DNA of 64,000 bases from assembly GCA_041690135.1 (NCBI GenBank), contig JAWLHY010000003.1:128001-192000 (forward strand), read 5' to 3'. Below the pieces are notes generated by a model, which was given only the letters and a program-made list of their open reading frames with translations, ran no database searches and was not told where the DNA came from. Each line of letters starts with the position of its first letter. The first letter of the stretch is position 1. The translations under genes and the position numbers were made by a program. Below are positions 47,195 through 56,530 of this stretch, piece by piece. The stretch comes from Armatimonadota bacterium. GTDB taxonomy: Bacteria > Armatimonadota > SYMT01.

Positions 47195-48883
47195 CTAATC
47201 CGCCATGCGCGGTTGGGCGCGGGGCTTGTTGAAGTTGCTGTCGGCGTTCCAGGTGGGGAGCCCCGGCTGGTTGGCGACGTGCAAGCCTAGAAGGAAGGCG
47301 ACCTGGGTGTGACGCCGCATCCCTTCCCAGCTCCAGGTAGGGTCGAAGCCGTCTTCCACCTGGTGGTAGATGGTGCGGAGCTTCTCCTGGTGGACCTTCT
47401 TCACCCGGGCCGGCTCGATGTCCTCATACTCGTTCCCCCACCGGAGGAAAAGGGAAGGCACACCGGCCTGGACGAAGCTGAACTGGTCGGAGCGGACGAA
47501 GGTCCCCAGTTCGGGGGTCGGGTCGGGGCCCACCTTCATCCCCAGCTCGCGGGCCACCACCTCGGCGGTCCGCTGTAGCGAGCTGTGCTCCACCCCCAGG
47601 GCGTTGAAGTCCTTGGGCACCCCGAAGATCTCCGTCATGTCCAGGTTGATGTTCGCGGCCGTCTGGGCGATCGGGAAGGCGGGGTCGGCAACGTAATGGC
47701 GGGAGCCCAGGAGACCATGTTCCTCGCCTGTTACCAGCAGGAAAAGGACGGAGCGCTTGGGGCGGGCTTCCTTCGGCAAGTTGCTGAAGGTGCGCGCCAC
47801 CTCCAGCACGCCGGCCGTGCCGCTGGCGTTGTCCCAGGCGCCATTGAAGATCTTGTCTTCCTTGTCTCCCCCGGTGCCCACGTGGTCGTAGTGCGCGGAA
47901 TAGACGACGACCTGCTTCTTCAACTCCGGATCGCTGCCTTCCAGGTAACCGGCCACGTTGGGCGCCCGGAACGGCTCCCGGTGTACGCTCACCTCCACCC
48001 GCAACTTACCGGGCAGGGGGAAGCCCTTGACGGCTCCCTTTTCGGCTTGCTCGTCCACCTGCGGGAACGAGAGCGGCGCTCCCTGGAAAAGCTTCTCCGC
48101 GCCGTCCGCGCGCATCAACAGGGTGGGAAAACCGTTCACCCGTGCGCGGGCCAGGGTGATGACGGACCGCACCTGGCCGGCCCGGGCCCGATCCCAGCTG
48201 AACTTCGGAGCACGACTCGACGTCAACAGGGTGACGACGCCCACCGCGCCTCGCTCGCGCGCCTGCTGGATCTTATACGATCCGAGCGCGTACTTCGTGT
48301 CCTTGTCTCCGTCAAAGAACGCGGGATCGCTGGAAGGCGGCTCTCCGGAGAGCAAAACAACGAGCTTCCCTTTTGCGTCTAAACCATTGTAGTCATCGTG
48401 CTTGAACTCGGGGGCGGTGATGCCGTAGCCGGCGAAGACCAGCGGCGCCTCCAGTTGTGCATCGGTGGTGGCGAAGCCGTTCAGGATGAAGTCGGTGCCG
48501 TAGGACAGGGTTTGGGACTGGCCGTCGCGACTTAGAAGGAGCTTTGAACGGTCCGCATCCTGACGGGAGCGCTCGAACGGCACCGGACGCAGGAAAGAAT
48601 CTCCTTCGCCGGCCGGTTTCAGGCGCATCGTTCGGAATTCTTTGGCGATATACTGAGCGGCCAGCTCACCGCCCGCCGTGCCGGTGTCTCGTCCCTGGAG
48701 TCGATCGTCCGCTAGATAACGGACATGCTCCCGGAGGCGATCGATGCTGACTTTATCCAGCGAGCGGCGGATGGCCGGAGTTACCAGCACCGGCTCCCCA
48801 GGTTGAGGGAACGCCTGGCGAGCCCCGAGGGTCAATCCGAGAGAAAGCGGCAGCAGAATTAAGCAGCGAGTGCGTCTGAACAT
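47195..48883 (-). CDS. Secreted M28 peptidase with PA domain
   Basis: SAHYDH, NGAWDNASG, TGEEHGLLGS, NLDM, RSDQFSF, YHQVED. Confidence 0.92.
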   Translation of the reverse strand: MFRRTRCLILLPLSLGLTLGARQAFPQPGEPVLVTPAIRRSLDKVSIDRLREHVRYLADDRLQGRDTGTAGGELAAQYIAKEFRTMRLKPAGEGDSFLRPVPFERSRQDADRSKLLLSRDGQSQTLSYGTDFILNGFATTDAQLEAPLVFAGYGITAPEFKHDDYNGLDAKGKLVVLLSGEPPSSDPAFFDGDKDTKYALGSYKIQQARERGAVGVVTLLTSSRAPKFSWDRARAGQVRSVITLARARVNGFPTLLMRADGAEKLFQGAPLSFPQVDEQAEKGAVKGFPLPGKLRVEVSVHREPFRAPNVAGYLEGSDPELKKQVVVYSAHYDHVGTGGDKEDKIFNGAWDNASGTAGVLEVARTFSNLPKEARPKRSVLFLLVTGEEHGLLGSRHYVADPAFPIAQTAANINLDMTEIFGVPKDFNALGVEHSSLQRTAEVVARELGMKVGPDPTPELGTFVRSDQFSFVQAGVPSLFLRWGNEYEDIEPARVKKVHQEKLRTIYHQVEDGFDPTWSWEGMRRHTQVAFLLGLHVANQPGLPTWNADSNFNKPRAQPRMAD

Positions 48884-49070
48884 GGTATGGGAGTGTATGC
48901 GGGCGATCCGGGAATACTCAATGTCAGCGGATAATCCAACAGCTATGCGAGGAAGTATCCCGGGGAAGTTCCGCCGCTTTCGCCGTTTTTCCTGGATTCT
49001 ATCCCGGCGGGCCGGTCTTGAGAACCGGGTCCTGCGACCCGACAATGGGAACGGCAAGGAGGACGCGCCG

Positions 49071-50084
49071 ATGGACCGGCACACGTCGCCACAACCTGGG
49101 ATCCGCGGCGGGACCTTTCTCCTGCTGCTGGGTCTGGCCACTCTCACCCTGCCGGTGCCCGAAGCGCGGGCCGCGGCGCCTGCCCGGGAGACGGTGACCC
49201 GGCTGGCCCAGAAGTCTCGCTTCCGCCGTCCCTCTCCGGATGAGTTCCGGCAGATCTACGCCGCCCTGGCTGAAAAGGGATGGTCTTCAGCGATCCTAGC
49301 TCGGGTCCCCACCAGTTACACCGCCGGCGAGAGTGGGGTGCAGGTCGGCGATTACCAGGAAGCGGTCCTCCAGGGCAACGTGGATGAGGACGACCAGCCC
49401 GAATGGGTGTTGGGCCTTTACTTCCCCCTGCGCATGCCCGGAATGCCGGAAGCGGAAGAGACGCCCTTCAGCATGATGGCGCGGATGGACCCGGCGCGCG
49501 CGGCGCACGACGACCGCGCCAGTATCGTGGTCCTCAAGAAGGATACCTCCGGCCAACTGAAAGTTTCCTGGCGCAGCCCGGGCCTGGGCTTTGAGTTCGG
49601 CGCTCCCCGCTTCAATATGCGCGAGGTCGATCTCGGAATTGAGCCGCTCCGGAACCTCCGGACCGCCCTGGCGCTGGTGGACGTGGATGGGGACCGCCGC
49701 CTGGAGATCCAGTACAGCTGTTGGAGCCAGACCAGCAGCGTGGGACTGCTGCCAGGGGTCTACCGCTGGGACCGCAGCCGGTGGGTGAGCGTGGCGCCGC
49801 AGGCGGACCGCTTCTGTCTGCTGGATCTCAACCGGGATGGGAAACTGGAATTGGTGACCGGCTCCCGTCACATCGGTTACGGCATGGGCGACGACGACGT
49901 CCCGCGGGTGTGGCGGTGGAAAGACGGCCAGTACCAGGAAGCCAGTACGGAATTCCCCCGTTACTACGGAGCCCTGGCGCGTCGTTACCAGGATTACGTG
50001 CGCCGGTCGACCGAGCGTGGGGAGAAGGTTGACACGGCCGTGTGGGAGCGGGCCATCCAGAAGGCTACCAGTCTCTCTGGGTAG
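49071..50084 (+). CDS. Secreted hypothetical protein with FG-GAP/VCBS-like Ca-binding motifs
   Basis: Signal peptide; NVDEDDQPE, DVDGDRRLEI, DLNRDGKLEL. Confidence 0.7.
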   Translation: MDRHTSPQPGIRGGTFLLLLGLATLTLPVPEARAAAPARETVTRLAQKSRFRRPSPDEFRQIYAALAEKGWSSAILARVPTSYTAGESGVQVGDYQEAVLQGNVDEDDQPEWVLGLYFPLRMPGMPEAEETPFSMMARMDPARAAHDDRASIVVLKKDTSGQLKVSWRSPGLGFEFGAPRFNMREVDLGIEPLRNLRTALALVDVDGDRRLEIQYSCWSQTSSVGLLPGVYRWDRSRWVSVAPQADRFCLLDLNRDGKLELVTGSRHIGYGMGDDDVPRVWRWKDGQYQEASTEFPRYYGALARRYQDYVRRSTERGEKVDTAVWERAIQKATSLSG

Positions 50085-50243
50085 GCTGTGGCCTCTGATT
50101 CCAATAGGCGTAATCTCTGCAGCTACCGTGCGCTGGGTAACCTCCCCGAAAGTCTCCGGGGCAAGCCCCGCGCCCTACCCACGCCCGCGATGCGCAACGG
50201 GATGGGGCTCTTGGTGAGCGGAGCGTGTTCTGTCCTTGCACTC

Positions 50244-50307
50244 GCAGAAGTAGGGTGGGATCTCCGTCCCCGCCTGGCTGTGGACTTGCACCGGTCATGC
50301 CGTGTGG
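50244..50307 (+). repeat. 64-bp GTAG-type dispersed repeat, copy B
   Basis: See copy A at 46400-46463. Confidence 0.8.
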
Positions 50308-50409
50308 AAGGGGGCTCCGGCACCCCGCGACGACAACCATGAACCTGCGACGGAATTGGTCCACAAGCGCACCGCCCTGACCCCTAATCCCCGGCCCCCA
50401 ACCCCCACC

Positions 50410-52197
50410 ATGCTTCGTTTCGAAACTTTCCTGCAAGTCAAGTCGGCGACGGGCGGCGTGTTCTCGCCGGATGGCCGGACTCTGGCTTATCTCTCGAACC
50501 TCACCGGGGTGGCGCAGCTCTACTGCCTGGATGCGCCGGGCGCGGATCCGCGGCAGTTGACCGACACCGGCGAGATCGTGCGGGCCGTGCACTGGTCGCC
50601 CGACGGCAGCCGGCTGCTCTACACGATGGACCGCGGCGGAAACGAGCACGAGCAGCTCTACCTGCTCTCCTCCGATGGTGCTGAAGGCCGGGCGCTCACC
50701 GATGTGCCCGCGGCGATCCACACCTTCGGTGGGTGGTCGCGCGACTCTCGCTCCGTGGCCTTTGCCGCCAACCGCCGGAACGCCGCCCACTTCGACGTGT
50801 ACGTGCTCGACGTGCAGACGGGAGAGGAACGGTGCGTGCTGCAGCGCGACGCCTACTTCACCGTTGCGGACTGGTCGCCGGACGGTCGCCACCTGGTGGT
50901 CCGGCAGCACCACGCCAGCTTTAACCAGGATCTGCACCTGCTCGATCTGGAGACCGGCGACCTCCGGCTGCTGACACCTCACGACGGGAATGCCCGCTAT
51001 CCGGCGGCGCGGTTCCTTCCGGACGGGCGCCACCTGCTCCTGCTGACGGACCAGGACCGGGACTTCGTGGCGCTGGAGCGACTGGATGTCCCCACGTCCC
51101 GGCGGAAGGCCCTGTTGGAGAAGCCCGGCGACGTAGAGAGCCTGGACCTCTGCGCGGACGGCAACCGCGTGGTGATGCTGCTGAACCGGGAGGGCTGGTC
51201 CGAGGTCCTCACCGCCCGGCTGACGGAACGGGGCCTCGCCAACCTGGCCCAGATGCCCCTGCCCGGCGTTGCCGCAAGTGCCCGGATCTCGGGAGACGGC
51301 ACCCGGATCGCTCTGTCGCTCAACGGCCCGACCCGCAACTTCAACGTCTGGAGCCTGGACGCGGACGGTGTCTCGCGCACCCCGTGGACCCGCGTGGACC
51401 TGGGCGAACTCGACCCTGCGAGCTTAGTGGAACCGCAGTTGATCCGCTACCCCACGCACGACGGTCGCGAGATCCCCGCCTGGCTCTACCTGCCGCGCGA
51501 ACGTGCGGGGCCGCATGCGGTGATCGTGCACGTCCACGGAGGCCCCGAAGGCCAGGACCGGCCCAACTTCTCGCCCGTGTACCAGTACCTGGTCCACCGG
51601 GGCTACGCCGTGCTGGCCCCCAATGTGCGTGGCAGCAGCGGTTACGGCAACACCTACTGCCACCTGGACGACCGAGAGAAGCGCTACGACGCCCTGCGGG
51701 ACGTGGAGTTCGCCTACCACTGGCTCGTGTCCAGCAACACCGGCGAGCCCCGCCGCATTGCGATCATGGGAGCCAGCTACGGCGGCTTCACCGTGCTCTA
51801 CTGCCTCACCCGCCAGCCGGAGCTCTGGGCGGCGGGCGTGGACATCGTGGGCATCGCCAACTTCGAGACCTTCTTCCAGCACACCGGCCCGTACCGCCGC
51901 CACCTCCGGGCCAGCGAGTACGGAGACCCGGAGCGCGACCGGGAACTTCTGTGGGACCTCTCCCCGATCCACCGCGTCAACCAGATCCGCGCACCGTTGA
52001 TGGTGGTCCAGGGCGCCAACGACCCGCGTGTGCCGCAGGAAGAGTCGGACCAGAGGGTCGAATCGCTAAGGGCTCGCCGCCACCCGGTGGTGTACCTTCT
52101 CTTCCCGGACGAGGGCCACGGGATCGTCAAGCTCCCGAACCGGGTGCGGGCCTACACCGCCATCGGGGAGTTTCTCGACCGGCACCTGGAGATCTGA
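50410..52197 (+). CDS. S9 family peptidase (PD40 propeller plus catalytic domain)
   Basis: WSPDG repeats, HGGPE, GASYGG, NDPRV, DEGHG. Confidence 0.93.
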   Translation: MLRFETFLQVKSATGGVFSPDGRTLAYLSNLTGVAQLYCLDAPGADPRQLTDTGEIVRAVHWSPDGSRLLYTMDRGGNEHEQLYLLSSDGAEGRALTDVPAAIHTFGGWSRDSRSVAFAANRRNAAHFDVYVLDVQTGEERCVLQRDAYFTVADWSPDGRHLVVRQHHASFNQDLHLLDLETGDLRLLTPHDGNARYPAARFLPDGRHLLLLTDQDRDFVALERLDVPTSRRKALLEKPGDVESLDLCADGNRVVMLLNREGWSEVLTARLTERGLANLAQMPLPGVAASARISGDGTRIALSLNGPTRNFNVWSLDADGVSRTPWTRVDLGELDPASLVEPQLIRYPTHDGREIPAWLYLPRERAGPHAVIVHVHGGPEGQDRPNFSPVYQYLVHRGYAVLAPNVRGSSGYGNTYCHLDDREKRYDALRDVEFAYHWLVSSNTGEPRRIAIMGASYGGFTVLYCLTRQPELWAAGVDIVGIANFETFFQHTGPYRRHLRASEYGDPERDRELLWDLSPIHRVNQIRAPLMVVQGANDPRVPQEESDQRVESLRARRHPVVYLLFPDEGHGIVKLPNRVRAYTAIGEFLDRHLEI

Positions 52198-52202
52198 AAA
52201 CC

Positions 52203-53021
52203 ATGCGCTACCTGCCCTGCCTGAACACCAGCACCCTCCGGCCCGCTTCCGTGCCGGATAAGATCGACGCCGCCGCCGCGGCCGGGTTCCGGGCCGTGGA
52301 GCTGTGGAACACGGAGGTCACCGACTACCTCGCGAGCGGCGCCGGAACCCTTCAGGACGTGAAGGACCGCCTCGCCGGGCATGGCCTCGCGGTGCCGAGC
52401 ATGATCGCGGTTATGGGGTTCGTGGGGAACGAGAGCCCCGGCCGGGCGGAACGGGTGGGGGAGGCCCGCCGGCGCATGGAACAGGCCCGGGAGCTGGGCG
52501 CCCCGTTCATCGTCGCCTCGCCGCCGATGGGCCGCGCCGACCTCGCCCGCTGCGGCGACGACTACGCGGAGCTCCTGGCGATGGGCCGGGAGATCGGGAT
52601 CCGGCCGGCCATGGAGTTCCTCGGCTTCGTGGAGCATGTGAACTCGATCCCCGTGGCGCGGGAGATCATGGAGCGGTCCGGCGACCCCACCGCCACGATT
52701 GTCATCGACTGGTTCCACATGGTCCGCGGCGACGGCCGGGAGACGATGTTCGACGACCTGCGCGCGCTGAAGGCGGAGCAGATCGCCATCGTTCACCTCG
52801 ACGATGTGCCGTACCGGAAACCGTTCGCGGAGATGACGGACGGCGACCGCGTCTACCCCGGCGACGGCGATATCCCCATCGACCAGCTGTTCGCGGTGCT
52901 GGAAGAGACCGGCTACCAGGGTCCCGTGAGCCTGGAACTGTTCAGCGAGGAGCTCTGGGCGCAGGACCCGTATCAGGTGGCCAGGACGGGGTTCGAGAAA
53001 AGCCGGAACTGGTTCCAGTGA
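52203..53021 (+). CDS. Sugar-phosphate isomerase/epimerase (TIM barrel)
   Basis: LNTSTL, AMEFLG, DWFH, VHLDD, RVYPGDG, SLELF. Confidence 0.88.
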   Translation: MRYLPCLNTSTLRPASVPDKIDAAAAAGFRAVELWNTEVTDYLASGAGTLQDVKDRLAGHGLAVPSMIAVMGFVGNESPGRAERVGEARRRMEQARELGAPFIVASPPMGRADLARCGDDYAELLAMGREIGIRPAMEFLGFVEHVNSIPVAREIMERSGDPTATIVIDWFHMVRGDGRETMFDDLRALKAEQIAIVHLDDVPYRKPFAEMTDGDRVYPGDGDIPIDQLFAVLEETGYQGPVSLELFSEELWAQDPYQVARTGFEKSRNWFQ

Positions 53022-53110
53022 TGCGTATTGCGTGAGCCTACGTGCGAGGTGACTGCGATGACGGAAAAGCTACCTCGGGATCGATGCGGACGTAATGCGT
53101 GAAACGTGAA
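53019..53110 (+). repeat. CGTGC-N27-CCTCG module with heptamer flanks (unit 1)
   Basis: Core 53041-53077, flanked by GCGT(A/G)AT and ACGTGAA heptamers. Confidence 0.6.
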
Positions 53111-53300
53111 GGTCCGGACGAGGGCAGGATCACCCCACACCGCCTGAGCCGTTAAGACTCTCGCTTGAGTAACCTAACCGGTTTTGATGGCGACTCCCAA
53201 CGCTGCGCGGGCCAACGCGAAATCACGACGCCCAGAGGGCACCCGACGAAATTCGCGAAAAGGGTAAGGCTTCGTCCCAGGTGCTCCCAGCAGTCTCCAT

Positions 53301-53358
53301 ACAGCTTCCTTGCCTGGAGAGAGGGATTCTGGCGCTTCTCTCCAGGCAAGGAAGCTGT
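53301..53358. terminator. 22-bp perfect-stem hairpin just downstream of the BNR gene stop
   Basis: ACAGCTTCCTTGCCTGGAGAGA-14nt-TCTCTCCAGGCAAGGAAGCTGT; no U-tract. Confidence 0.55.
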
Positions 53359-53363
53359 CGTAG

Positions 53364-54767
53364 TTACACGGGTTCCGGAGTGGCGAAGTCGCCCGTCATC
53401 GTTGCGGGGAGGCGCCACACGCGGTCGCAGGCGCGGTTGGTGAAGTAGAGGTGGGAGGGAGACGGCTGCTTCGCGTGGCCGTCCGCCCACAAGGCATAGA
53501 AGTCCGGGTGCGCGTCGACCGGTCGCCGCGGGTAAGTGTGATTGAAAGGGCTGTCGCGTGTGAGCACCCGTTCCCGCTTCCAGGTGCGACCCTGGTCCCG
53601 GCTTTCCCAGACGGCGATCTCCCCGCCGGTGCAGTAGGGCTGCGGTCCGGGTTCCGTGGCCCCGATGATCCGCCAGCGGCCATCCGGTTCGATGTACAGC
53701 GAACCGAAGTCGTAGTTGTGGTCCGAGGTGGTAACGGGGCGGAAGGCCCAATCGGTGCCGGTCCAGCACGCCAGCATCCAGGCGCGCGGACCGTTCTTCG
53801 GGCCGGATTCGTAGCCGTGGCTCGTCAGGTAGAGGATCACCGGGTTTCCGGCCGCGTCAAACGTCAGGTCCTTCAGGTAGACCAGCAGCCCTCCACTCTC
53901 ATATTCCCGGACCAGGGCCGGGTTGCGGATCTCGGTGAGCGGGGTGCGCACCACCTCTCCCGCGATCGTGCGCCAGGTAGCGCCGCCGTCGCGGGTCTCC
54001 AGGTAATAGAGGTTGGTGCGCGCATTCAAGCCGCCCTTCTCCGGATGGTAGTTGAATGCTGTCGCCAGCCGGTCCCCGTTCCGCCAGCTTACCTGGTAGT
54101 GACCCTGGGCGATCCGTGCCAGGGGCCGCGGCTCGTTCCAGCTACGACCGTCACGGCTGGTCATCCAGTGCAGGCCGCGCCCGGAGGCGTAGCGGGTGTG
54201 CAGGAATAGAAAGCCCCGGTCCGGCAGATACCACGGTTGGCCGTAGGAGAAGTTGGTCGTCACCACGCGCTCGAAGGTGTCGATGGAGTACGGCTTGGTG
54301 CTGCGGTGGATGTAGGAGGGCCGGGAGGTGCCGTGGGCGTTGGAGAAGATCCAGAGATGGCCTTCGGCGTCCAGCGTGAGCACGGGATTGTCGTGCGCGT
54401 CGTCGGTCTTCTTGTTCAGCAGGATCCGCGGGCACGGCACCTTCCCCGTGGCGTGGTCGAAGTAGGAGACCATGTGCAAGAGCTCGTTCTTCTCCCGAAG
54501 TGCGCCGCCGTAGACAAAGAAGGTCTTGTTCGCCGCGCGGGAATAGTGCGCGATGGGTAGGTGCTGCTGGGGGTAGGTCGCAAACCCGCCGGAGTACTTG
54601 TAGACGTACTCGTCTTTGGAAGGCTGGTTGAAGTACCAGATTCCCCGGTACCCGTCATCCGCGGGCAGCACCTGTTCCTCGGCACGGCCGTTCGTGGCGA
54701 GGGAGGCCCCGGCTGTTCCCAGGGCCAGGGCGGCGGTATTCTTGAGGAGGTCGCGGCGGTTGGGCAT
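53364..54767 (-). CDS. Tat-exported BNR-4-type repeat protein
   Basis: NRRDLLK Tat motif; DAHDNP, SRDGRSW, TRDGGATW, SRDQGRTW. Confidence 0.85.
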   Translation of the reverse strand: MPNRRDLLKNTAALALGTAGASLATNGRAEEQVLPADDGYRGIWYFNQPSKDEYVYKYSGGFATYPQQHLPIAHYSRAANKTFFVYGGALREKNELLHMVSYFDHATGKVPCPRILLNKKTDDAHDNPVLTLDAEGHLWIFSNAHGTSRPSYIHRSTKPYSIDTFERVVTTNFSYGQPWYLPDRGFLFLHTRYASGRGLHWMTSRDGRSWNEPRPLARIAQGHYQVSWRNGDRLATAFNYHPEKGGLNARTNLYYLETRDGGATWRTIAGEVVRTPLTEIRNPALVREYESGGLLVYLKDLTFDAAGNPVILYLTSHGYESGPKNGPRAWMLACWTGTDWAFRPVTTSDHNYDFGSLYIEPDGRWRIIGATEPGPQPYCTGGEIAVWESRDQGRTWKRERVLTRDSPFNHTYPRRPVDAHPDFYALWADGHAKQPSPSHLYFTNRACDRVWRLPATMTGDFATPEPV

Positions 54768-54774
54768 GGGTTTG

Positions 54775-54885
54775 TATTGCGTTTTGCGTAAGGGACCGTG
54801 CTGGGTGTGAGCGCGGCAACCGGGTGGCTGCCTCGCACGGTGCCCGTGAAACGTGAAGCGTAAAACGTGAAGTCTGGGGCGGGAC
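54775..54885 (+). repeat. CGTGC-N29-CCTCG module with heptamer flanks (unit 2)
   Basis: Core 54797-54835, followed by CGTGAAACGTGAAGCGTAAAACGTGAA. Confidence 0.6.
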
Positions 54886-55429
54886 GGCAAACGGTTGGCA
54901 GGGGTCGGTGTGCCGGCTTCCGCCCGTGGCCGCCCCAGAGACAATGCCGGCCGGTACCGCAGCCGCCAGTCAACTTTCCCAAATGGAATCTACCGGATGC
55001 CGCGAACCTCGTCAGGTGATTCGGTCCGGGTTGGTCAGCCGCCGGAGTATACCCGAAGGAGCACAAGGGCATAGGGCCGTCCCCAGCCAGGATCATGCCC
55101 CCGCACCCGGAGTGCAGGATGGTGGTCGCTACGTAGGGTCGGCTCGCTGTCGCCGACCAGGGCTCCTGCCCCCGCACCCGGCGTGCACCGCGTAACGCCA
55201 TCGTGGGGCCCAACCGGATTCGCCGCATCGGTGCTGATCCCGTCGTGCGTCACGGTACGCCGTCCCATCGCAGACCAGGAGCGCTGCACGGTTGGTCGAC
55301 GGGAGCAAGATCACGATCTGGGGAAGGGACTGCGACCATTCCCCTACCGCCACCGTGACGACTTCACAGTTGGCCAGCAGGTCATCCACAGGCCACGGCC
55401 CGCGGAAACCCATTCAACTACCGCGACCG

Positions 55430-56473
55430 TCAACGCAACCAACGCGTGAAACGTTCCAACCACGTTGGCTCGGAGGTTGCCGACATCTCCGAATCCGCGT
55501 CGCCGGGGAGCGGAAGTTGGCCCGCGTTGGCGGTAGCCGGGCCGGCGGGAAGAGGCAGATCATCCGCTGGATCGGGTTTTCCTTCCGCAGGAAGCGGGAG
55601 GTCGGCCAGGTTCTGCGTGGCCCGGTGGATCGCCTCTCTGGCGGCTTCGTAGCATTCCTTTTCGGCCGCATTCCAGGTCCGTGCGAGGCGCGCCAGGACC
55701 GGCAGTGCTTCCCGGAGGCGGCGGTCGCGCAGCCGCCCGGCCATCTTCCCGAGTGCATAGGCAGCTTGCATGCGAATCCCCGGCTGATCCGTCTCCAACA
55801 TCCGCAGGAGGGGACCCATTGCCGGCTTCCCGATCTGTCCCAGGGCCCCGATCACTGCCTGATCGAGATCCCGATGGATGTCCAGGGCCCGGCAAAGAGG
55901 TTCCACGGCACGTGGGTCCCCAAGGGTTCCCAGGGCCGTGGCCGCCGTTCTCCGAACACGCGGATGGTGATCTCGCAGGGCGGCGCAAAGATCGAGCACC
56001 GCCCTGCGGTCCCCGATTCGTGCGAGCGCCTTCGCCGCGGCTTCACGCACACGCCGGTGTGGATCCCGCAAGCCGTGGGAGAGATCCCCGAGAACCGTGG
56101 GGTCCCCAATTTCGCCCAGACCTTCCGCCGCGTGCGCCCGCACCGGCCCATCCGGATGTCGTTCTAGTGCGGCGCGCAGCGGCCAGATCGTACCCGCGGC
56201 GCCCATTCGCACGAGCCCCCGCACCGCTTGCAGGCGCACCCAGCAGTTGTGATCATCCAGAAGCTCCGCCAGTGCCTCCACCGCCGCGGCGTCGTTCAGT
56301 CCGCCGAGACCCGCGGCAGCGAAACCGCGCACGCGCGCATCCGAATCGCGGCGGGCGGCATGCAAGAGATCGGCCGTCTCCGGGCCGGGGCGCGTGCTCA
56401 GAGCGCGGACCGCCTCGCGACGGACGATCTCCCGCTCATCGCGGAGGGCCTCGGTGAGCGCATCGATGTCAAA
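55430..56473 (-). CDS. HEAT-repeat (PBS-lyase-like) protein; start codon unresolved
   Basis: About 7 L.D....VR..AA.ALG repeats; C-terminal DLPLPA repeats; SD points to a TTT codon at 56473. Confidence 0.8.
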   Translation of the reverse strand, partial: FDIDALTEALRDEREIVRREAVRALSTRPGPETADLLHAARRDSDARVRGFAAAGLGGLNDAAAVEALAELLDDHNCWVRLQAVRGLVRMGAAGTIWPLRAALERHPDGPVRAHAAEGLGEIGDPTVLGDLSHGLRDPHRRVREAAAKALARIGDRRAVLDLCAALRDHHPRVRRTAATALGTLGDPRAVEPLCRALDIHRDLDQAVIGALGQIGKPAMGPLLRMLETDQPGIRMQAAYALGKMAGRLRDRRLREALPVLARLARTWNAAEKECYEAAREAIHRATQNLADLPLPAEGKPDPADDLPLPAGPATANAGQLPLPGDADSEMSATSEPTWLERFTRWLR

Positions 56474-56530
56474 GGCCGGGGCTCCTTCTACATCGGGTTG
56501 TGCGTTGTGTGGCAAGGTGGGTGGGAATTG

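Noticed and set aside
55129-55413. 94-aa ORF downstream of the HEAT gene
   Set aside because: No SD or motif, and the 3' part runs into a REP-like hairpin; cannot be supported, though a small gene or remnant is possible
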